A stretch of 63,127 bases of DNA, filler included, from Choristocarpus tenellus KU-1152 (lineage: Eukaryota > Protista > Phaeophyceae): assembly GCA_964200185.2 (NCBI GenBank). It is 10 parts of 10 records of this genome, joined end to end, with 100 filler letters (N's around TTAATTAATTAA, not from the genome) between each part and the next. Parts side by side here need not be neighbours in the genome. Positions count along the whole stretch, not along the records: positions 1 to 9,367 come from CAXNAD020003743.1; positions 9,468 to 12,848 come from CAXNAD020020415.1; 8 more parts are not named here. One strand, 5' to 3'. The notes under the pieces were generated by a model, which saw nothing but the letters and a program-made list of their open reading frames with translations, was not told the DNA's origin and made no database searches. This document shows, piece after piece, positions 1 to 12,200 of this stretch. The translations under genes and the position numbers were made by a program. Numbering within the stretch: position 1 is the stretch's first letter; the number at the start of each line of letters is the position of its first letter.

Positions 1-15
1 CCACTAAGAGGGTTC

Positions 16-125
16 TTTTGACCCTCGTAGTTTTAACCTCAACACCTTCGCGGTGTAAGCTTTTGGGTGCCTCGGTAAGCAAGCAGAAGGTTCTCTAGAT
101 GAGTTGGCTACACACGCGGTAGGGC
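16..125 (+). mobile_element. 3' fragment of a CRE-like non-LTR retrotransposon (same family as 59250-60330)
   Basis: ccctcgtagttttaacctcaacacc...ctcggtaagcaagcagaa...tagatgagttggctacaca aligns with the reverse complement of 59250-59355. Confidence 0.6.
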
Positions 126-372
126 GGGGGCGAGGGGTGGGAGACTACAGGAGGAAAGGATACGTCAAATTCCATTTACAACAAATAGTATCATGTCACT
201 ACCGAAGAAAAATGCCAGACAGAAAATAATGAAAATATAAATATTTGTTGTGGAAAATTTTCGGGTCAAAAAATTATTTTTGAGTGTTGTTGATAAATGT
301 GGAAATGGTCAATGTGGTGGGAATGGAAATCTTGCAAGGAACGACACATACTTAAGGTTAAGCCCAGCGCCA

Positions 373-2762
373 ATGGACCCTGGATATGTTGGACGCCTTG
401 TGGGTGATTACGAACAAATCAGGTTAGGACGCCTCGATGAACTAGGTGAGATTTGTCCCAAAGTCAAGCGTTTCTACTGGTATCTTTCTAGACTTGATAC
501 TTTACTTTTGCTACTCAATACGAACCGATACTCTGCCCCCTCACCCGTCCAACGAACAGCTTCGGCAAGGAAGGCCGCCACTACTGCAGTTGAGCGTTCG
601 CTAGAATTGATTCACACTGCGGCCTCTGTAGAGGGGGAAACAGTGGCAAGGTCGCAGAGGCAGGTGCGCTTTACCTAGTTGTGGCATTATTCGTCTTGTG
701 GTTTGACCTTAAAGTGCGTATGTGGGCATGGCGCGGATATCGCATTCTAGGTTACCATAATTCTAAAAGAACAGGGGTAGTTCTATAGTGGATATATTTT
801 CGGTTTCTGCACACTTCGAAGCATTTAGTTGTACCAAAGCAACAACTGACACATCGTGCGCTTCTTTTGAATGGTGACCTCTGTCATTCTAGATCGATGC
901 TATAATACGCATGGCGCAGCAGGACGCCCAACGATTGGAGGACTTGGGGGAAGGGTGGGCGTCCGCCTACGGGGCCTTCGCTGTCGAGATGATGGTATGA
1001 TATCGAGGAGAGAGTTGGGGTGTATGTAGAAGCTGGGAGTGACTCACATGAGTACGATGTTTCATCTTCCGAACTCTGGACGTATACTGGCACATTTATG
1101 GCCCATTATCATCCAGCCTATACACTTTAGTGTAGAGTGGAAAGGAGAGGCTAAACCATGTGACATTTACAAATGTTTTTTTTGTGTCACATGCTGAACT
1201 CTCCTCGGTCATGCAACTCTATGACCCTTCTCAACATTGCCTCAAAGAAGCTGAAATTTTTAATGGTAGACAATGTTATGGACCCTTAACCGAATACCCA
1301 TGCCCAGAAGTTCATGATTCACTCACACCACAAAGGTCCTCATGTTCTTCCAAGAGGATTTATGGATCGCAAAATGTGGTCGTCCCTACATCCGCGTCGC
1401 ACCTATCTTCTGCATGTTCCTTTGACCCGCCAGTCATGATGATATTCAAAGTCGCTGCCCCTGTGATCAAATAGTGAAAAGAAAAGAGAAATCAAGTCCT
1501 GTTCCAGCGAGATATTGTAACAAGATTTCTATTTTTTTCCTCCACGCAGTCAAAACGATGGATTCCTCTTGCGGACACGAGTTGATTTTGATGGTTTTAG
1601 ATGACCGATTCTTAGTCAAGAAGATACATATCCGATTCCCCCTTCTCCCTTCCCCATCTCGTTCCTCCCTATGGTACCATACCTATGTATAATGTGGTGG
1701 CGGTTTATGACTCTTTTCCCCCTCCGTTTCGCACTGTTGCTGTACATCCACATGACCTAGGCACTAGGCGATATCAAGGCTTGGATCAATGCTGTTGAGC
1801 TCCAACTGCGGTCAGTGAAGGCTGAGCTGGAGCATGCACAGGTACATATAGTGTCAACAGGGTGACAATACTCCTAGGATAACATTTCAAACCATACTGA
1901 ACTCTTCACTGGAGGTGACCCTCACCATAGAAATCAAGTACAGATGGGTTGCCTACGACACGGACCATTGGACACTGATCCATTGCTGATAGGGACTGCA
2001 TGGATTGTGGCATGCAAACTTTAACAGAAGTTCAGTTCTCTTTTTTATTATTTTGTTTGGATCGGTTCTGTGGCAAAGTTGTAGCCCTCACTGAACCTTT
2101 TGACATGCCTATGGAAATATATGTATCCAGCAGCACACATTGTGGTGCAGGTTCTCCCCTAGACTTGTGCCTACATGATTTCCTCGGGGTTGAAGTATGT
2201 ACACTGCAATAGTTACAACGCGATCAGAAAGCTTCTCGCTAGTAACTTTCTAAGCATACTCTTGCACTGAGAATCAATGTGATCTTAGCATAGAGTAATC
2301 AATTCGCCATTGCACAGCAGTGTCCTCAAGGTGCATTGGAATGAGCTCACCATCATCGTGCAATGGTTCTTCGAAAATGCCCCGCCCATGCTTCTTTGTG
2401 AGCCAGTCGCTAAAAACACAATAACTCAGCTGTGTTGAAAGCTGAGAGTATTGTGGGGACAGGGGTTAGAACTTGTGTAGTACGATAGAAGTGGATATGA
2501 AGTATGACTCCTATTTCAGTTTATTATCTTGTCTCCTTGACCTAGACCTGTGACAGTATTATTTTACATGTCTTCATTGTACTCAAGTGTTTTACTGGTG
2601 CTGGAGTTACACCTCATCTCCTATACTCCTTATTACCCACTCCATGTTAGCGTTCATGCTCTGTATCTCACTGAACCCTTACACTATTTTTTTTAATTTG
2701 CCGTGTTCTGACAGGCATGCCTACAGGATGGTGGAGGCGATTTTCCTGCAGGCGTGCGATGA
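373..2762 (+). CDS. BLOC1S1: BLOC-1 complex subunit 1 (BLOS1/GCN5L1 family), 5 exons, 135 aa
   Basis: Exons 373-445, 560-663, 893-994, 1761-1841 and 2715-2762 have GT-AG boundaries in consistent phase. The spliced segment VARSQRQIDAII..GEGWASAYGAFAVEMMALGDIKAWINAVELQLRSVKAELE matches the BLOS1 pattern (NQxxLD..W....F......GD.xxW...IE). The length fits the family. The last exon is the least certain. Confidence 0.75.
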
Positions 2763-4340
2763 TGGCATTCACAATTTAAAGCCTACGTTCCTACCTATCT
2801 TGCCAATCATGAGACTGCATGTGTTTCAGTGACATGGCATCCATCAGACTACCAACGATCTGCTTTGGCACTTTGGCAATCTCTTGATTCCCATACATTT
2901 TTAATAGTTATGTGTTGTATGTTGATTTTGGAAACATTCGTGTTTACCTTTTGCGCATTTTGATTCTTCTATTTGAGTAAACATAGAGCATGGAATACAT
3001 CATGGTTTCTTGTGAACTGACTGGGATGGTGCTGATTTGACATCCATCTACACACAATGGACAGTATGGCAGTACAATCAACACTGCAGTGTAAAGGTAT
3101 ACTGGGTGGATTTCCGCATCATGCTTTCCGGTGCTGTGCTTGAGGAGAGATACCAGGACAGCTTTGCTTGCTACTGTCTACATGCATCACTATCTTGACA
3201 CTTTTTTGGTATGCTATGGGCGAGTCTATTTTTGCTACCCTGTGGAAGTAGACCCTTTTTCTCCTATTTTATGGTGAAAACAAACCCTAACCCTAGACTA
3301 TATAACCCAAACCCTAATGCAATTAACCCAAAAAGGTGGCATAATTGGCACAGTCCTAAGTGAACAGCATGTATAGGACAGGTCAGATATATCAATCTAA
3401 ATAGTCAGGTGCAGGTCAAGGAGATAAACCCAAGTTGCAGGAAGGGAAATAACCACCCAGACAAGATTCTTGCCCTCGCCTTTTCAGGGGTGAACTTAAA
3501 ACTCTTGTTCAAGATCAGTGCCTGTCCATGGTTGTGCGCGTGTTTATCTTGGAGAGCTTCTCACTTGCCAAATTGCACATAGCAAGTCTATCGAATCATT
3601 GAAGAGCTCAATTTCCGTGCACATGTTCCTTCATGAAATGAGAAAGGCACCATGACTTCTTTTTCTTGCTGAGTTCCTCTTAGATCTCCTGCACTTGAAT
3701 ACACAAAGGGTTAGCTGTCATTTGGCAAACTGATACTCCACAACAAGGGGTTAATCTTTGTAGGACCTGCTCCGATGTACATCTCTTGGAGTTCACATCA
3801 TATGCGGTCCTAGAACAAGCATACAAATATACATACCTACAGTCTGTAGAAGAAATAAACAGTACAGTATGAATGATAACACTTATTAAACAGGCAGAGT
3901 AAAAAGCCTATGTACTACTTGCAACAGATGCCCAACTATATTCACACTCTATTGTTGCTATATTCTAGTCTTGAGAGCATGGGGCTCACATCATGTTCAA
4001 AATCGAATGGGGAACACTTGCAAAAATATACATTAAGTGAAGAATAACAGTCAAAATTTCTGAGCATATCTTAAGAATACGGGGATATGCATCATGGTGT
4101 ATATGTTACACAAAATATAGATAAGCAGAGGGGATTCCCTTGAAGTGCAGAAGCTTGAATGCAGCTTGAAATAACACACAAAAATTTAAGGTTTATGGGG
4201 GAGGCAAGAAACGCTTTGTGTACCTACCATGAAGCCACCTATCTTATTGAACAATTAACGTAAAAACATGTCATGAGATGCACACAAGACCAACACCAGT
4301 CTTCGATGACAGAGTACACCTCAGTGTACATGTTCCATTT

Positions 4341-5819
4341 TCAGCAGTCAGTCACCTCAACTGCAGGTGAGGTGTCCTTTGTTTTGCTCTCCTGGACCAG
4401 TCTCCGAAGCAATTGCTCCCTAAGCCCTTCATCAATGCTGTTGGTCTGGTTGCAAACCTTATAGCCCTTACTTCGGGCCTGCTTCCGCCGTCTTCTCTCA
4501 AACTTTTTAAGTAGCTTTTCCCTCTCCTCTTGTGATAGAAGACCAAGTCCCTCCCCAGGAGTGCCAACAACACCTCCACCAATTGCCCACTCTGCCACAC
4601 CAGTTGCATGATGATACCAGAAATCCTGCCCTGAGAGAGGATCTCGCATGCGAAATCTGTTGCCCTGGCCCTGTTCTGTGGACACTGATCTTGCATCTTC
4701 ATCAAGTCCGCAGGCTAGACCAGATGTCTTGTTCATTGTCCCTGATTGTGGGGGTACATCTTCACTTTGCTTGGCCCAGGAACCCAGTGCTGGGGATGAT
4801 GAGGCATTCCCCTTTTCACCAGAAATCATCTCTTCAAAGTGAGGGTGATGGGGATGATCTGAGCATGGTCGACCATCACCATAATCATTGCATGCACCAG
4901 TGTTGGAGTTTGTTCTCGGCGGCTGGGAGCTTGTGGATGGAAGGATCAGAGCATCTCCTCTCACATTCGACCTTGATGACGATGAGTGCGTGTGAAGGGG
5001 AACACCTGACATCTGCTCAAATAATTCTGGCACAGGATGTGGAGGATATGACCCATTTGCGATACCACCCCCTTGTGCAGTAGCAGATCGATTGGCCCAT
5101 GGAGCTTTCTCCCGAAAAAAAGGCTTCTTCCTTCCGTTATATGTGGCATGTACGCCAACACCTGACGCTGCAATATCTTTTTCAATCCGTCCTCTCAGAG
5201 ACAAATGTATTATCCCATCAGACTCACTGGTGGACGGGGATCTATGTGTGACGCGGACCTCATCTTTGCTGGGTAAGCAATTGAACTCATGGATCCTGTG
5301 CTCAATACCTTGTTGTGGTTCAACTGGACATTCATTGTTTGCAATTGGCTGGCTTTTCCTGACTTCACAGCTTTGGTGGGACTCGGCAAGAAAAGGAGTC
5401 TGACGGCTCCTTCCACCTATCTCTAACCCCGTGCCGTCCCATGGGAGGTTTGGTATTTGGGGGGTTACTCGAGGTGGAGGAGCCGGAACTGGAAAGTCCA
5501 TAGACTGCTGTAATGGTGTAGGTGGTACACTATGTAATATGGGTGCCTCTCCTTCCACAGTGACCTCGCTGACAACCAGACGATAGACCTTCTTGAACTC
5601 ATTGTAGTGCTGGAGCACTAGCGATGCCTTGATCGCATCTTTGTTGGCCAGCCACTGAATAAATGTCCCCAACTCACCAATCTCTGAGGCCTCTCTCCAG
5701 TAAGGAAACACCTTGTCGTCCAACCAGTCATTTCCTGACCCCGGATGGTCGATAATGTCTAGAGTTGTGTTCATGTGAGCAATCGAGAACTTATGAGGAG
5801 GACTTGCTGTCCATTCCAA
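4341..5819 (-). CDS. Unknown, largely disordered protein with a degenerate WW-like motif (one large exon; gene ends uncertain)
   Basis: 492-codon open frame. FRMRDPLSGQDFWYHHATGVAEW (~4585-4656) resembles a WW domain with the first Trp replaced, followed by a charged helix. A likely donor AAG|GTTTG lies at 4457. Confidence 0.65.
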   Translation of the reverse strand: MEWTASPPHKFSIAHMNTTLDIIDHPGSGNDWLDDKVFPYWREASEIGELGTFIQWLANKDAIKASLVLQHYNEFKKVYRLVVSEVTVEGEAPILHSVPPTPLQQSMDFPVPAPPPRVTPQIPNLPWDGTGLEIGGRSRQTPFLAESHQSCEVRKSQPIANNECPVEPQQGIEHRIHEFNCLPSKDEVRVTHRSPSTSESDGIIHLSLRGRIEKDIAASGVGVHATYNGRKKPFFREKAPWANRSATAQGGGIANGSYPPHPVPELFEQMSGVPLHTHSSSSRSNVRGDALILPSTSSQPPRTNSNTGACNDYGDGRPCSDHPHHPHFEEMISGEKGNASSSPALGSWAKQSEDVPPQSGTMNKTSGLACGLDEDARSVSTEQGQGNRFRMRDPLSGQDFWYHHATGVAEWAIGGGVVGTPGEGLGLLSQEEREKLLKKFERRRRKQARSKGYKVCNQTNSIDEGLREQLLRRLVQESKTKDTSPAVEVTDC

Positions 5820-6324
5820 GGCCGAACGGCTGGAGGGAGAACAGTTCTCAATTGTGACGTGCTTGGATCAGGACTCACCATCTTGGACCTTGGTGGGACC
5901 CCTTTTCGCACCAAATATAAGTGCGATAAAGCACGACACTCTCTGTTCTTGAACATGGACAGCATTCCACAAAAGCCTAATTACGACAGGGCACGTTGAC
6001 GCAGACTGATTTCAATTTGAATGTGGTAGCTATTTCACTCCATCCTACATTACAACGAACTCTTATTGTAGTCGTTGTTCTTTGTTGTTTGATGATTTAT
6101 CTAAGTTGTAGATGCCTCCATCTCGTGACAAAAACCGTAATCACAACAAATTATCTTCAACAGTAGTAGCACTCAAATTCAGTGTTGTCAGCTGTATTTG
6201 TTCAACAACCATGACCAACAGTAGGACTGTGTAATCATAGCAGTGGATTCTAGCGCCGGGCGCAAGGTGCTGATTTCTCTTTATTTTGAGGGGATAAGCA
6301 CTGTTGAAAATCTGGCCTGATACC

Positions 6325-9194
6325 ATGGTTGTGGATGCAACGAGAGAATGGATCGGTGTTATCCGAGGAATGAGGCAGGCTGGACAGGTTTCACCACCGT
6401 CTAGGGATGCTTTAGTGGCTTCCCAGTGGAGGCGTCCGCGATCTCCTTTCATGCAACAGGTGTTTATACTTAGTCGACAGGAAAGTGGTTGTGAGGAATC
6501 CGTAGGTCTCAGTTTCACAGGATGCCATCGATGCCATCGATGCCACCCTGACCCCACATCACCAACCAATATTTCCCCTATGCAGGCATCGGAGCTCAAT
6601 ATTAACATCCGGACAATGCACAACTTCCTCCTAGAGCACTTTCTGGACTACGTCGACATACACTCTTCCCTCCCTTCGCAGGTAAGAGACATCGAGGCAC
6701 AGGAGAACATCCATCGCCTCAGGTTCACTTGATGTGTCGTGGCCTAGATCTCGAACTGTCTTCCGATGTGGAAATCAGCATTCCAACTCGGCAAATAATT
6801 GCAAGGATTGTTGTACTCATCGCTGCTTGTCTGCAGACTCTGAAAGGTATTGGAAACAGTGTCAACTTTCCTAGTGTGAGTTGCCTCGTCAAAAAACGGT
6901 TCATCTCCAGGATTGATTCTATTAAACTTGCAGCTACCTAACTTCTCACTTGAATAGCTCCCTTCTATGTTCTTCTCTACATTAGCAATTACAATGACAA
7001 TCCCTACTCTTTAGCTGTGCATTATAGCTTTTCTTCCGCATCTGCACATGACCTGTCCGACAGATTTTGAATGAGCTTTGTTCCCAAGCCGCAACCATGT
7101 ATTAGAGGTGATGCGAAAGGATGCAGCCTGTATCAACTCTTCCACTGCATACCTTGTCGCAACAACCGATATTCGATTTAGAATAACGACTTGCCATGGT
7201 TGTTGCAGATTGTGTTGTGAAGTGATGTGCTGTATCTCCCACGCCCACACCTCTCTCAGAAATCGCTAATGACGGAAGAAGAAAAGGACCTCATCGACCT
7301 GGAAGTCACATCGTTCATGACCGCTTGTGCTGCTGGAGTTGATGCACTCAAGGCCCTTCTACAGAGAGAACGCATCAGAAGGATGGAGCAGCACCAGGCA
7401 CTAGGTGACAACAGCAGTGAGGACGAAGGGCTAAGTGGACCTGCATGGGAAGACTCTGGGAGAGGATTGCCATCGGATTCAAGGCTGGCACATCAGAACA
7501 CTACTGTCACATACCTCTTTGAACGCCTTCAGGCTGTGACTGCAGTGGCTCAGACGATGCAGGTGGCTTTGCCAAACTAACCAATTTCAATGTACCACTG
7601 CCAAGTTGTATTCGGTATATACACCTTTTGACAAGCTCTGATGTTTGCGGTGAGACAATTCAAGTGGTGTTAGGGTTAGGGTTGGAAGATAATATTCCAA
7701 GTCTGTTTGGCATCCATTTCTGTCGTTTTGCTAGCATGCTCTGCTTTAAATGACCTGCGTCCTATGAAAGGAATCATCAGGATTTTTTTACAGGTTACAC
7801 ACCTGTTGGATCCACAGATGGTGTGACACTACAGGTACCAGTCCGAGAAACGTGACCTATATCTTTTTACTTGAGGGAGACCTCAAACCTTACAAGGGGC
7901 ATTGTGCGACCCCAAGCCTGGACCCTGACCTGTACCTTCACCTTATTACCAACCCTAGCCCTAACCCGTCCAGTGACCTATCATTGAAGATTTCACAGTT
8001 ATAGACCCTTGAGGAAGTTGATCAATAGATAAGGTAATTCAACAGGTTTCCCCCAGGAATATCTGGATGAGGCAAGGACATGTCAAGTTGTCACTTTGTG
8101 TGTGTATGACATGCCCTAACCCCAAAAATATTCTTCAGGGAGTTCGATACCATTTGAAAACTCCACTGTTAGCAAAAAAAAACAATCCGTGGATTACAGC
8201 ATGTCCTGGTCACACCCCTGCTTTTCGATCCCTTCTCTGTTCCCAGTCTTGCCAAGATTGAGGGAGGAATGGAAGTTTTTTCCCATTGACCCAACGCGAA
8301 ACCCTAACCCTACCTCATTGGTGTAGATGCTTCTCTTTTTGTTGTATGTATAACCCTAACCCTCTATTACTGGCATGTTATTGCACTGCCCCTGGTGCCC
8401 CCTCCTTGGAACAGAATGAACGCCAAAAGCAAGTCGCAGCACGAAAGATCCGCTTCTATGCTGGTCCCAGCGGTGGGAGGGTGGGGAAAGCACCCAACTA
8501 CTACTCCCTCCTCCAATCCTCTGCCACCAACAGCGTCAAGATGTCGGGATTGACTCCTGAAGAGGAGGAGGAGGAAGCACTCTTTAGACGAAATTTTCCT
8601 GTTGTGTATGGCAATGCTGTTGGCGTACGCTCAAGTTTTTCCTATTCCAGTGACAAAAAGAATGGCGATGGTGGTGATGGCATGGGGATCGCCACAGGGC
8701 TACGTGGCGGCGGTGGTGATGGTGGGACGGAAAGCTGGTTGGGAGATAAAAATGCTGGAAACAGTATGGCCAATGAAACTGCTGCCACTGCAGTAACGTC
8801 TGGGGCAAGGGATAGTGTCCGCCGAAGGCCATTGGGAGAAGGGAGGGTTGAAGAGGCAACCAAGGAAGAGGGCAGTGATGCCAGCATAGGTGAGAGGTCC
8901 AGTTTTGGAGTGCGTGGGGGTGCTGCTGGGGATAGGAGAGATGTGCATAGTAGGACAGGCACAGGAACTGATTCATTCACAGTGCTCGGAGGTGCAAAAG
9001 GGAGTGAAGGCACTGGTGGCCCTGATTTTGGCTCTGGAGCTGGCTCTGGGTCGAAAGATGGGATAGATGTAGGCGGGGGAAGGGCAGTGAGTGCGGAACA
9101 GCAGCAGGTTCTTGAGGGGGAGAATCGAGACTTGCTGGCGAGGCTGGAGAATGAGCTGGACGATGCCAGGCTGGTGGAGAGTAAGATGACAGAG
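6325..9194 (+). CDS. STX18: Syntaxin-18/Ufe1/SYP81 ER Qa-SNARE; 3' exons lost at the contig end
   Basis: Exons 6325-6459, 6586-6681, 7260-7562 and 8415-9194 are all phase 0 with GT-AG boundaries. Motifs FMQQASEL..IRTMHNFLLEHFLDY, MTEEEKDLIDLEVTSFMTAC, HQNTTVTYLFERL and the SNARE start QQQVLEGENRDLLARLENELDDARLVESKMTE are typical of syntaxin-18. Confidence 0.85.
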
Positions 9195-9279
9195 GTGATT
9201 GGATGTGTGTGAAGTGCAATGCATTGTTGTGATTCTTGTCAAAACATATAGAAATATTTCTTTTGTCGTGTTGAAAGGC

Positions 9280-9305
9280 TAGGGTTAGGGTTAGGGTTAG
9301 GGTTA
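9280..9305 (+). repeat. Short interstitial (TTAGGG)n tract
   Basis: tagggttagggttagggttagggttag. Confidence 0.8.
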
Positions 9306-9367
9306 GACATCCACCAAGTGGAATGGTATTGCCCATCAGTTCGTTTCAAGAATTGTTTGGGGGGGGG

Positions 9368-9467
9368 NNNNNNNNNNNNNNNNNNNNNNNNNNNNNNNNN
9401 NNNNNNNNNNNTTAATTAATTAANNNNNNNNNNNNNNNNNNNNNNNNNNNNNNNNNNNNNNNNNNNN
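9368..9467. other. Artificial 100-bp contig spacer (repeated at 12849-12948, 17271-17370, 23803-23902, 29120-29219, 43525-43624, 49106-49205, 52362-52461, 55663-55762)
   Basis: Identical N-run + TTAATTAATTAA (stops in all six frames) + N-run, nine times. Confidence 0.98.
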
Positions 9468-9474
9468 CCCCCAT

Positions 9475-12200
9475 TCACCTCGTCCCATTCCCAAACACCC
9501 CTGTCACTCTATTGGCATCTCGCCGGAGCTCCTCCGCCTCCGCAGCCGCACGAGCTGCCGCCGCCGGCCCGTTGATCTTTTCCTTTTCCTTCTTCTTCTT
9601 CTTCTTCTTGTTACGCTTCTGCGTCGCTGCCTCCTTCCTTACCAACTCCTCGGCCTCGAGCCTGGCCGCCGCTTCCGCCTGACTCGTTTCCCACATTTTT
9701 TTTTTAACACAAAGCACAACAACAACAACAAAAAAGTGAAAGAAAAAAAAAAACAAGAACAAAACAGAAAAAGAAAACATCGAAATGCGAGAGGGGTCTG
9801 TTGGGACATCGACAAAGAGTGTTCAATACCCCCATGCACAAAAAAAAGAGGTTTAAAAATTAAAAAATAGAGATGAGGGGGGGGAAGGGGAGGGAATAAA
9901 AAGTAGCCAGCCCGGAGTGTAACTCTTCCCACAACAGTCCACCCTTTGCTCTCCTTTGGCCACTGCAATTCTCATTTAGACTGTGGATACCGCTATTGTG
10001 ATGGAGGTTAGCCACCTCATTGTCCAAGTGTGCATCAAACCTCCATTATGTACGTGCCATTTACTCAGGCAACACACCTCCATGATACTTCAAGCGCAAA
10101 CGCCTCTTTCCCGTCACTAACTACATACTGCTGTACATAATATACCTGTGATATTAATGCACTATGAGCACTGCAACACAATAAAAAGCTAAAATCACAA
10201 GTGTGATGGAGGAATTTTGTCACTACAGTCAATAATAAAATTAATACGATGCTATTAACAGTACCAGGCACTCACTCAGATTACATACAACCAATAAGAG
10301 TAACACAAGGATACTCAACTCAAATATTGAAGAACAAACAATACAACAATGTTGAGAGACATTCAATTTAAAAAATAAAAAAAACATTTCCACCCAACAA
10401 AAAAAGACACTTCAGATGAGCCTTGAAATGCTAAGTAATGTCCCCCCCCCCCTTTTCTACCCTCTCACCTTGCAGTATATATCTCAGTACACACGAAAAT
10501 CAAAATGTGGTGTAACCGACAGAGACAACAAATAATAAAAAAAATGAAAATAATAAAAATAACAGTACCTCCCTCTCCAATTCTACAGAGAACAATGTTT
10601 TAACCCTAGAGAGATGTTCAGGCGTAATGATAACCTCTCAGGACACTGGACAAAAGTATATTTATACATTTCATCCTCTCGGTTCAATACTCATAGTAAT
10701 GATGACATGAATTATTTTATTTTTTTTATTATTATTATTTTGTACAAATATCACACGATACACAAAATAAAATAAAGTTACCAAACCAACCTCAACAGGA
10801 GAGATTTGAACAATTGCAGCAATCTCACCAATAAAATATATACATCAACAAATAAATTCAGCGGCAGAAACTAAAATATATAAAAACATACATTCAGCCG
10901 CAACGAACATTAACCCCCTCCACCTCCCTCCCGCCCTCTCCCACCAGTGCCAGGTTAGACAAACCCTCCCACCACTCTGTCATGTCACAATGCACCCAAA
11001 ACATATCATCCAAAGCAAAACAAACAGATACTTCCCAGTCCCTTCCCAACCCCTTCAAGTAGACTAGCCCTGCTCACCAACTCCAGCAACATGCTTTCCC
11101 AATACAATACAATACAATACAATACAACACAACACAACACAACACAACACAACACAACACAACACAACACAACACAACACAGAAATGTACTTGACACAAC
11201 TCTTCTTCCACCATCCAGTAACAGATGAGGTGTAAAGTTTGGTCCCACGCATTGCACAAAAATATTAATACTAATATTTTACGTTCTAAAAAAAAAAATG
11301 TACGCAACAACAAACCCCTCCACATAATTTCCTTCTTATCATCACATTCTAAACAGCTACAACCACCGCAACAACCAACCTCCTCTCTCTCCGCCCTCTC
11401 CTGTCGCTCCCTTATCTGACGTTGCTTCCTCTCAAGCAGTTCCTGCTCCAACGTGACCTTATCGGACGACTGTGCCATCTTCCGATCCTGAAAAAAAAAA
11501 AAGACAAGAGATACTGCCTCCTAAATATAACAGAAGAACCACCACTACACCCAGAAAAGAAACATGGGTTACACTCAATGTACTTACTCACTACGCAATC
11601 TCCCCTACTGCCACATACACAAAAAAAAACTATATATACATAGATATATATATACATAGAACCGTCCATAAGTCACGCACACTACATAATTAATGTACAC
11701 AACCCAATACCAAATAAATAAATAAAAATGCGTAGTGGTAGTAGTGTCTACAATAAAGTTTTTTTTAAAAGAAGAAACGCTAAAATTGAGTTCAAAGAGT
11801 CGGGGTTAGGGCTATGCATTGCCGGAGGGGATATTTTGCTTTTCCACTCACCGTGTCAACCTCTAAGATCTCAGAAAAGTAAAAAAGAAAACATACACCT
11901 GAAGCACATAGGGCCATAGAACATTGAATGTCCAACAACCTAACGCCTACGCAAAAAATTAAAAATTAATTAAAAATAAAATATACTCCCGCAAAAAATC
12001 ATTCCAACTAAAAAACATGTGCATACACAATCACAATCACAAACGCACGCACACACACATATATATAATATATATGCACAACACAACTATCCCTCCCCCC
12101 ACCCCACCCCAAAAAAAAAAAAGTGAATCTTGACCATACTCACGTCCTCCCTTTGCTTGCGCAGTCGGGCCTCTTCCTTCTCCTTGCTGAGGCGTTCCAC
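9475..12200 (-). CDS. Fragments of a charged coiled-coil protein (candidate exons ~12144-12200, ~11380-11487, ~9475-9695)
   Basis: GC-rich E/K/R-rich islands (VERLSKEKEEARLRKQ; MAQSSDKVTLEQELLERKQRQIRERQERAEREE; AAARLEAEELVRKEAATQKR) sit in very AT-rich sequence. Two of them have ttag/tcag acceptors and GT donors. Confidence 0.45.
11100..11180 (+). repeat. Compound pentanucleotide microsatellite (TACAA)n(CACAA)n
   Basis: Read directly from the sequence. Confidence 0.95.

Noticed and set aside
373-9194. Possible membrane-trafficking gene cluster (BLOC1S1 near syntaxin-18)
   Set aside because: Only two genes, acting in different compartments and separated by an unrelated gene; chance adjacency is sufficient.
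11006-11478. ORFs with (CCVVL)n repeats
   Set aside because: Translations of the CACAA/TACAA microsatellite.
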